Source: a virus
Lineage: Duplodnaviria > Caudoviricetes
Strand: one strand, 5' to 3'
IMG/VR virus record: IMGVR_UViG_3300046782_000288
Coordinates: 1-34,775 of that record
DNA: 34,775 nt
The notes under the pieces were generated by a model. That model saw only the letters and a list, made by a program, of their open reading frames with translations, searched no databases and was not told the origin of the DNA. Below, one piece after another: positions 1 through 5,816 of this stretch. Position 1 is the first letter of the stretch, and the number at the start of each line of letters is the position of its first letter. The translations under genes and the position numbers were made by a program.

Positions 1-26
1 AACCACTTTTTCAACGAGGAAAGCAA

Positions 27-791
27 ATGAAGCGACTACTAGCTACGTCCGCCATCCTGGCGGCGCTTGCGGTGCCGGCTGCGGCCAGCACCGTCACACT
101 AGGTGGCCAGACCTGGGACACCACCAACTCCGGCAGCCTAAGCCTCGGCAACGTAGTGCCCGCCGGGAATCAGCCGCAGAACGCCCCGTGCGTCATCTGC
201 GGTGCCAACCAGCCGCAGCAGCCGGCCAATTTCGGCTACAACGACTACCAGAACGGCGGCAATCTGACGGCGGCCACCGCCTTCTCCGACCAAGGCAATG
301 GAGCCAGGAATACGCTGACCAACAACACCGTCGGTGACGGCTACCAAGTCGGCATCGGAAGTGCTTTTCTAGCCTATCTGCTTGGTGTCGGTGACACCAG
401 CCTCGGCTTTAGCATCGGCGTCGACGTCAACGACAGCAACACGGCGCAGACGCTCAACGCCTTCTACTTCCTCGACTACACCACCCACACCGTGTTGGCC
501 TCCTTCACTGGCGGTTTGCCCGGCAACGTGCCGTCGGTTCACAACGGCACTGGCATCCCGGACTACAGCATCACCGGGAGCCTGCTCAACCTCAACGATG
601 TCCACCTGGGCGACACGATTGGCTTCGTGGCGATCATGACTGGACTAAACGACGGGCCCGACTCGTTCTTCATCGAGGCGGCACCGGCGGTGGCGCAGAC
701 CCCGCTGCCGGCCTCGGCCTTCCTGTTCGGCATCGGCCTCGTCGGCCTCGCCGGGCTTGTGCGTAAGCGTCAGAGTAATCGTCTTGCGTAA
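27..791 (+). CDS. Secreted protein with a VPLPA-CTERM (PEP-CTERM-like) sorting signal
   Basis: Signal peptide MKRLLATSAILAALAVPAAA. The C-terminus is TPLPA + hydrophobic helix SAFLFGIGLVGLAGLV + basic RKRQ. SD GAGGA upstream. Confidence 0.85.
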   Translation: MKRLLATSAILAALAVPAAASTVTLGGQTWDTTNSGSLSLGNVVPAGNQPQNAPCVICGANQPQQPANFGYNDYQNGGNLTAATAFSDQGNGARNTLTNNTVGDGYQVGIGSAFLAYLLGVGDTSLGFSIGVDVNDSNTAQTLNAFYFLDYTTHTVLASFTGGLPGNVPSVHNGTGIPDYSITGSLLNLNDVHLGDTIGFVAIMTGLNDGPDSFFIEAAPAVAQTPLPASAFLFGIGLVGLAGLVRKRQSNRLA

Positions 792-885
792 TAGCGCGTA
801 GGCTGACGTTGCTTCCCGCTCCGTCAGTGTACAGGACCGCCGGGATGATACCGCCATCCATCGGCATCCCGCCCGGCGGGCCACC

Positions 886-1008
886 ATGACGAGACACCGG
901 CCCAGCAAGAAACGCCGCCACACGGTGGTCGCCCATTGGCGGGTCATCCGTAACAAGAACGGCAGCACCAGACGCATCCGCGTCCGAGGCTCTAAACGAG
1001 GCAAATGA
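886..1008 (+). CDS. Small Arg/Lys-rich hypothetical protein (40 aa)
   Basis: Translated by hand, below the ORF-track cut-off: MTRHRPSKKRRHTVVAHWRVIRNKNGSTRRIRVRGSKRGK. It stops 1 nt before the next ATG. Confidence 0.45.
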   Translation: MTRHRPSKKRRHTVVAHWRVIRNKNGSTRRIRVRGSKRGK

Positions 1009-1009
1009 G

Positions 1010-1228
1010 ATGGTGCCACCCAACCCCGACGAGATCGCTGCGACCGTGGAGGATCGGCGCATCCAGCGCCTGCGGGACGAGCTGGACGTCATGGACCTCG
1101 CCGCGATGCTGGCCCAAGCATTCGGGGCCGGCCAGATGCAGATCGAGATCGCCGACGCGCTAAGGCAGCGGCGCTTGGAGGAGAAACTCAAAACGTGGAA
1201 CTATGACGGAGAAGAAGCATATGAATAG
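1010..1228 (+). CDS. Hypothetical protein (72 aa)
   Basis: SD GAGG upstream, GC3-rich codons, overlaps the next gene. Confidence 0.65.
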   Translation: MVPPNPDEIAATVEDRRIQRLRDELDVMDLAAMLAQAFGAGQMQIEIADALRQRRLEEKLKTWNYDGEEAYE

Positions 1229-1646
1229 CGAGCACGTAAACGGCGTGATGGAGAGCGACGACATCCTCAAGCGCGGGCAGGATCTGGCGCAGGCCATCGT
1301 AGCTGCGGCAGAAAAGCATGTGACCAGGGCGCAGGCCAACCTCGACCGCGCCAAGTCGGTGGCCGATATCATCCTGGCCCAGACCAACGACGAGGTGCGG
1401 CGCATCAACACCAAGACCGCCAACGACAAGGCCGCCACCGAGAAGATCCTGGAGGGCTACCGCATCATCGAGGAGAGCGGCGAGGAGCCGACCAAGCCCG
1501 CTCGGGAGTTGGAGTCGACCGACGCTATCCTGGACGACTTCGCAAATGCTGACCGGATCATGGCCGACATGAACTACGGCAAGGAGATTCGCAAGCTCAA
1601 CTCCACTTCACCATACGACGGCCGCAGGGGCGCAGACAGCAGGTGA
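1221..1646 (+). CDS. Hypothetical helical/coiled-coil protein
   Basis: GGAG 9 nt before ATG 1221 (alternative start 1203); typical codon usage. Confidence 0.75.
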   Translation: MNSEHVNGVMESDDILKRGQDLAQAIVAAAEKHVTRAQANLDRAKSVADIILAQTNDEVRRINTKTANDKAATEKILEGYRIIEESGEEPTKPARELESTDAILDDFANADRIMADMNYGKEIRKLNSTSPYDGRRGADSR

Positions 1647-1692
1647 GCGCACCGGAGCACGGCGCATTCGGGAATAATGCGCACCAGAGGGG

Positions 1693-1860
1693 ATGAAGAT
1701 GGACGAACTAGCGCGGTGGCGGGAGATGAATGAGCGCAATGCCCGCATTCAGGCTCGCTACAACGAATTGATGCAGATAGGGAAACATGGACATTACGAA
1801 ACCATGTTCCAGGTCGTCCGGGAAGAGATCGAGCGAGAGCGGGGCGCACTTACGGAATGA
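1693..1860 (+). CDS. Hypothetical protein (~55 aa)
   Basis: Translated by hand: MKMDELARWREMNERNARIQARYNELMQIGKHGHYETMFQVVREEIERERGALTE. It fills the gap in the operon; the start could be 1699. Confidence 0.5.
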   Translation: MKMDELARWREMNERNARIQARYNELMQIGKHGHYETMFQVVREEIERERGALTE

Positions 1861-1869
1861 GCTAACCGG

Positions 1870-2106
1870 ATGACGGACGAGACCGGCGAGCGCGATACCC
1901 TGTACGTCACGGACGCGGAGCTGATCCGGCGCATGGGCGTGCCTGAGAAGATTGCGCGGGAGGCCATCCGGGCGCTCGACGCGAACCGGGCCAGCGGTTT
2001 TCCCCAGAAGCAAAAGCTATTTGGGGACCGGCGATATTGGCCGGCGTGCGTGGCTTGGTTCGACAAGACGAGCGGACTTATCCCCCACGAGCGCAAATCG
2101 GCTTGA
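1870..2106 (+). CDS. Excisionase/AlpA-like winged-helix DNA-binding protein
   Basis: 78 aa with pattern YVTDAELIRRMGV...GFPQKQKLFGDRRYWPACVAWFD, similar to Xis/AlpA proteins (FP...G.R.W...V..W). Lies upstream of an integrase. Confidence 0.6.
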   Translation: MTDETGERDTLYVTDAELIRRMGVPEKIAREAIRALDANRASGFPQKQKLFGDRRYWPACVAWFDKTSGLIPHERKSA

Positions 2107-2131
2107 CGTAAGCGTATGCGCTGATTACATT
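2103..2131 (+). promoter_or_regulatory. Sigma70-type promoter, likely giving a leaderless mRNA, with an imperfect palindrome in the spacer
   Basis: TTGACG-17 nt-TACATT; ATG 2139 follows 7 nt after the -10 with no SD. The spacer contains TAAGCGTA|TGCGCTGA. Confidence 0.6.
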
Positions 2132-2138
2132 CGGCAGC

Positions 2139-2348
2139 ATGGCAATTTATATAACCGATGAAGAAATTGTTGCGGTCGTAAAGAAGCAGATCGGCCATAG
2201 CTCCCAAAAGGAGTGGGCTGAAAAGGCCGGGATATCGGCCGCCTACCTCTCTGACTTTCTGCTCGGTAGGCGTCGCCCCGGTCCGGCCATTCTTCGCGGC
2301 GCTGGGTTCTCGGTGACCCCCTATTATCGGAAGCTTTCCCATGACTGA
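2139..2348 (+). CDS. XRE/Cro-family helix-turn-helix protein
   Basis: SQKEWAEKAGISAAYLSDFLLGRRRPG is a typical XRE HTH signature. Confidence 0.85.
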   Translation: MAIYITDEEIVAVVKKQIGHSSQKEWAEKAGISAAYLSDFLLGRRRPGPAILRGAGFSVTPYYRKLSHD

Positions 2349-2375
2349 TCACGCCAAAGGACATCGAGGCATCCC

Positions 2376-2702
2376 ATGAGCGATGACGATTTTCGCACCA
2401 TCCTGCGGGCCATAGACGGGTTGCAGGCCGAGTTCGCGCCCGTCCGCGAGCAACTTAAGATAATCGAGATAAAAGTCAGCGGTATTCCGCTGATAGCTGA
2501 GTCAACCCACGACTTGCGTCGCGACCTGCGAATGGTGAAGGCCGCCATCAACGACATGGCGCGCGTCAACATCACGGGTGGAGAGGTCGCGGCCATGCAC
2601 GACGACATCGACCGCGTGCAAACCAGACAGGATCAGATCGAGACCCGCCTCGCCACCGTCGAACGGCTTCTCGCCGATACCGGAGCTTCCGATGAGCGAT
2701 AG
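2376..2702 (+). CDS. Coiled-coil hypothetical protein
   Basis: SD GAGG; heptad-like C-terminal half; overlaps the integrase start by 11 nt. Confidence 0.7.
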   Translation: MSDDDFRTILRAIDGLQAEFAPVREQLKIIEIKVSGIPLIAESTHDLRRDLRMVKAAINDMARVNITGGEVAAMHDDIDRVQTRQDQIETRLATVERLLADTGASDER

Positions 2703-3921
2703 ACCGAAAGTCGCAGACGCTCCCGGCCTCGTTTGGGCGCCCCGCAAATCCGGGTGGGTGGCCGAATGGCACGCCCGCACCGATCTGATCAAGCGGGGCT
2801 TCCTGCCCCAGCGCGCCCGCGTCTGGGTCGGGGAATGGCCCTCCGAGACGGACTGCGCCCTGATCTCCGACCAATGCACCCGCCTCCAGACCGAAATGCT
2901 GGTCTGGGGCCGCGGCGGCATCCCGGTGATCGCAGACGCCTTCGACGGCACGCTGGGCAGCCTGATCCGGCTCTACCAGACCGACAAGGATTCCTCGTAT
3001 CAGGAGCTTCGCTACGCGAGCCGGATGAACGACGACAGCCGGTGCAAGCTGATCGCCAGGGATTACGGCGACACGCTGCTTTCGGACATCGACGCCCGCA
3101 TGATCAAGGATTGGTGGCGGGCGTGGACCTCGGACGGCCGGACCCCGTCGGCCCATGGCAAGGTCGGGCAGCTCCGCACACTCTTCGCGTTCGGCTCCAC
3201 CTTGGTCGGAAAGCGAGGAGATCCCGAATGTCGGCGGTTGCGCGAGGATGCCGGGCTGCTGCGCTTCAAGATGGGCAAGCCCCGGAAGGAATACATCACG
3301 GCGACCCAGGCACTCGCCATCATCGCCAAGGCCCACGAGCTCGGCCGCCACTCGATCGCGCTCGCCCAGGCGTTCCAGTTCGAGTGCACCCTGCGGCAAA
3401 AGGATGTGATCGGGGAATGGGTCCCGATGGGCGAGCCGGAACTGTCGGATGTCCATGACGGTCAATGGAAGTGGCTTCGGGGTCTCCGGGGCGAAGAGAT
3501 CGACGCCAATTTGATCCTGCGCCACATGACCAGCAAACGGCAGAAGCCGGTCGAGGTCGATCTGCGCTTGGCCCCGATGGTCATGGCGGAACTGGATCTA
3601 GCCGGCAAGTTCCCCGAGAAGGGCCCGCTGATCATTTGCGAGGCGACCGGAGTGGCGTGGCAAGCCAAGAACTTCCGCGAGAAGTGGCGCAAGGTCGCGA
3701 CTGCGGCCGGAGTTCCAAACCACGTTTGGAACATGGACAGCCGGGCCGGCGCGATCACGGAAGGGACGGACGTTGCCGCCATGGATGACGTTCGCCGCAC
3801 CGCGACCCACAGCAACGTCAGCCAGACCCAAGCCTACTCGCGGGACGACACCAAGGCGATTGCCAGGGTCATGAAGGGCCGTGCCGCAAGCCGGAACAAG
3901 GCGGGAACGGATGCGCCGTAA
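2692..3921 (+). CDS. int: Tyrosine recombinase/integrase (409 aa)
   Basis: Catalytic pattern R (TLRQKD), K (TSKR), D-x-x-R-like MDSR in place of HxxR, H (ATH) and Y (TQAYSR). GGAG precedes ATG 2692. Confidence 0.85.
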   Translation: MSDRPKVADAPGLVWAPRKSGWVAEWHARTDLIKRGFLPQRARVWVGEWPSETDCALISDQCTRLQTEMLVWGRGGIPVIADAFDGTLGSLIRLYQTDKDSSYQELRYASRMNDDSRCKLIARDYGDTLLSDIDARMIKDWWRAWTSDGRTPSAHGKVGQLRTLFAFGSTLVGKRGDPECRRLREDAGLLRFKMGKPRKEYITATQALAIIAKAHELGRHSIALAQAFQFECTLRQKDVIGEWVPMGEPELSDVHDGQWKWLRGLRGEEIDANLILRHMTSKRQKPVEVDLRLAPMVMAELDLAGKFPEKGPLIICEATGVAWQAKNFREKWRKVATAAGVPNHVWNMDSRAGAITEGTDVAAMDDVRRTATHSNVSQTQAYSRDDTKAIARVMKGRAASRNKAGTDAP

Positions 3922-4098
3922 ATCACCGTAAACGCAACGCGAACATCGATGACTAGCATACACTACCAGGATCTAGCGATTTCAATTGGTTAAGGGGTGT
4001 TTCCGCTCAGCGCCCAAAAGCGCGGGGCCATTGGAATCATTGAATGTCAGTAGCGATTGAACAGGCAACGCGGCGCCTAGAGCCGCAGGAGGCGGAAG
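3922..4098. other. Candidate attP region
   Basis: Non-coding, AT-richer gap right after int, with an IHF-like site TTTCAATTGGTTA (~3980-3992), a weaker inverted one (~4033-4045) and short CTA(G/C)C repeats. No core could be identified. Confidence 0.3.
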
Positions 4099-4347
4099 AT
4101 GGCGGACGGAACGGTTCGATGCTTCATGGACGGCATCGATTGGCAGCACCAACTCGAGGCCGACGCGGACGGAACAGCTCTTTTCCCGAGCGAAGATTCC
4201 CTCCGCAAGGCCAAGACCTGCCTTGCTGGCGGGTGCGGTGTTGTCGAGGTCGAAGTTCGGCTGATCCGATGGGTTGAACCACAGAATTTGGAATATCACG
4301 ACCAGAAGGCAATAAGCCGCCACATGGCGCAAGGAGAGGATTGTTGA
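4099..4347 (+). CDS. Hypothetical phage protein (82 aa)
   Basis: Strong SD AGGAGG; globular-looking sequence (CFMDGIDWQHQL...CGVVEVEVRLIRWV). Confidence 0.75.
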   Translation: MADGTVRCFMDGIDWQHQLEADADGTALFPSEDSLRKAKTCLAGGCGVVEVEVRLIRWVEPQNLEYHDQKAISRHMAQGEDC

Positions 4348-4361
4348 GTTTCACGTGAAAC
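4348..4361. promoter_or_regulatory. parS: parS-type centromere palindrome (ParB binding site)
   Basis: GTTTCACGTGAAAC is the exact 14-bp core of the chromosomal parS consensus TGTTTCACGTGAAACA. It lies in the 25-bp gap between convergent genes. Confidence 0.75.
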
Positions 4362-4372
4362 GCCGCGACGAT

Positions 4373-4567
4373 TTATTTGCGCAAGGCTTTTGGATAGTCC
4401 TTGCCGAGCCATTGCCGTCCATCCTTGGGTCCGTATGACTCGGGAATGAATTCCTGCCCTGCACGCACAGCGGCACGCTGTCGCCGGTTTTCCACCTGCT
4501 TGAAAGCCTTTTCGCTGCGCTCGGTGGTGAAGCCGGCGATCGGGGTCTTTTTATGCGATCTGGTCAT
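4373..4567 (-). CDS. Small basic hypothetical protein (64 aa)
   Basis: MTRSHKKTPIAGFTTERSEKAFKQVENRRQRAAV...PKDGRQWLGKDYPKALRK looks protein-like. The longer frame to 4837 overlaps the upstream gene and the structured RNA. No clear SD. Confidence 0.65.
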   Translation of the reverse strand: MTRSHKKTPIAGFTTERSEKAFKQVENRRQRAAVRAGQEFIPESYGPKDGRQWLGKDYPKALRK

Positions 4568-4598
4568 GGGCCATTTATGCTCGGCTTTGGGTGTGTGC

Positions 4599-4750
4599 GC
4601 AATGAATGGTCCCGCAAGAAGCTTCTGAGTGCCACACTCCGCAGATCGGTCTGATGTCAACCAACGAGAGAGTTTGACCGTCCTTGGCTTTCCCGAGCTA
4701 TGTGATTCGGGACAGGAACCATTCATCGCCCGTCGGCACTCGGAACTCCT
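4599..4750 (-). ncRNA. Unidentified structured RNA with two long crossing helices
   Basis: Helix A pairs 4750-4734 with 4634-4617 (~16 bp, one mismatch, one bulge). Helix B pairs 4729-4715 with 4613-4599 (15 contiguous bp including two G-U). The order is A-B-A'-B', and the G-U pairs work only on the - strand. Confidence 0.55.
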
Positions 4751-4757
4751 GGGTAAA

Positions 4758-5075
4758 TCAGGCGCGCGGTTTAATCGCGGGCAATGACTTATCCTTGGTG
4801 GTGTTCGACATCTCGCCCGTTTTGCCAGACTTAGCATAGCTTTGGCGCTCGATGTTCTCGCGGAATTGGTCTGCAGTTTTCATGAATCGGCTCGCCTGCG
4901 TTTGGATCACCGGCCCCCCCGCGGCATAGCTGGCGGGCATCGGCCCGGTGCCCTTGCTCAGCCGAGGCGCTCGAGGCGGCCGCGGAAGCGCCGGTCCGGT
5001 GCCGGGGAGCTTGTTGCTAGCGATATTCGCGAACATTGCCTTGCGGGCTGCTGGGTCCATGGCCATGGTCATCAT
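4758..5075 (-). CDS. Small basic disordered protein with a YAAGGPV motif
   Basis: ATGA overlap with the upstream gene; shares YAAGGPV with the internal virion proteins. Confidence 0.7.
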   Translation of the reverse strand: MMTMAMDPAARKAMFANIASNKLPGTGPALPRPPRAPRLSKGTGPMPASYAAGGPVIQTQASRFMKTADQFRENIERQSYAKSGKTGEMSNTTKDKSLPAIKPRA

Positions 5076-5227
5076 CCTTTCTTCGGTTTGGGCGGAAGCT
5101 TGGCACCGGCACGCCGAGCTGTATCGAGTGCGATCGCGATTGCTTGCTTGCGCGGCTTGTTTGCGGCCAACTCGGTTTTGATGTTCTTGCCGATCGACGC
5201 TTTCGATCCGGACTTGTCAAGCGGCAC
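5072..5227 (-). CDS. Small basic phage protein (51 aa, MPLDKSGSKASIGKNIKTELAANKPRKQAIAIAL)
   Basis: SD AAGGAG before GTG 5227; resembles the recurring small phage protein pattern K..KQA.AIAL. Confidence 0.75.
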   Translation of the reverse strand: MPLDKSGSKASIGKNIKTELAANKPRKQAIAIALDTARRAGAKLPPKPKKG

Positions 5228-5261
5228 GACTGCTCTCCTTTTTCGCTTTCCAGCGATCACG

Positions 5262-5289
5262 TTGCTCGGGTTGGGCATACTGATACAAT
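5262..5289 (+). promoter_or_regulatory. Promoter for the HNH gene
   Basis: TTGCTC-16 nt-TACAAT with extended -10 TGaTACAAT, about 20 nt before ATG 5310. Confidence 0.45.
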
Positions 5290-5309
5290 CGACGGACAGG
5301 AGAGCACCG

Positions 5310-5816
5310 ATGTCCGACCCGCTTAAGCGCGCCCTGCATTATGATCAAATCACCGGTCAGTTCTATTGGAGAATTCGTGTCGGTAGAGGGAGCCGCAGCA
5401 GATATCCTGGCGATATTGCTGGAACGTCGAGAAGGGGTGGGTACATCCAGATTGGCTATGCCAATAAACTCTATCCAGCGCATCGGTTGGCGTGGTTTTT
5501 CATGACCGGTGCTTGGCCGCCGCGTTATCTGCAGATCGAGCACCGCGACAGTAATCCGTCGAATAATAGCTGGGCAAACCTGTTTGCGGTCCCCGATGCG
5601 AAGAACAAACAAAATTTGAATGACAGGCTGCGAAAAGACAATCGCAGCGGTTGCCGAGGTGTATCGCAACGGCCGGACGGGAGGTGGCATGCTCGTATTA
5701 CGGTTGATGGACGCACTATTCTTCTTGGCGATTATATTGACTTGGAGCAAGCGGTGATGGTTCGTAAAAACGCTGAACGCCGTTATTTGGACCATGACCG
5801 GCTTCCCCTAAGCTAG
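5310..5816 (+). CDS. Free-standing HNH homing endonuclease with a C-terminal AP2-like domain
   Basis: AHRLAWFFMTGAWP...IEHRDSNPSNNSWANL, then NRSGCRGVS...RWHARITVDGRTILLGDY; SD AGGAG; antisense to its neighbours. Confidence 0.88.
   Translation: MSDPLKRALHYDQITGQFYWRIRVGRGSRSRYPGDIAGTSRRGGYIQIGYANKLYPAHRLAWFFMTGAWPPRYLQIEHRDSNPSNNSWANLFAVPDAKNKQNLNDRLRKDNRSGCRGVSQRPDGRWHARITVDGRTILLGDYIDLEQAVMVRKNAERRYLDHDRLPLS

Noticed and set aside
837-878. GC-rich hairpin after the VPLPA-CTERM gene as an intrinsic terminator
   Set aside because: The stem is present but has no U-tract on either strand, so a terminator call is not supported.
2578-2691. GTG start giving a 447-aa integrase
   Set aside because: It overlaps the upstream gene by 125 nt; ATG 2692 has an SD and gives a normal size.
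4599-4750. Hammerhead or HDV-like ribozyme identity for the structured RNA
   Set aside because: There is no CUGANGA/GAAA core (the + strand has only CUGAUGU). The region between the helices is far too long for HDV P3/L3 and P1.1 is missing.
4373-4837. 154-aa ORF, or a frameshift/readthrough fusion from 4758-5075 stimulated by the pseudoknot
   Set aside because: It would need a +1 shift and there is no recognisable slippery site. Readthrough of the UGA meets a stop about 20 codons later, and the N-terminal extension is not protein-like.
4842-5309. N-terminal extension of the HNH ORF to 324 aa
   Set aside because: It overlaps two credible - strand genes, and the SD and promoter point to ATG 5310.
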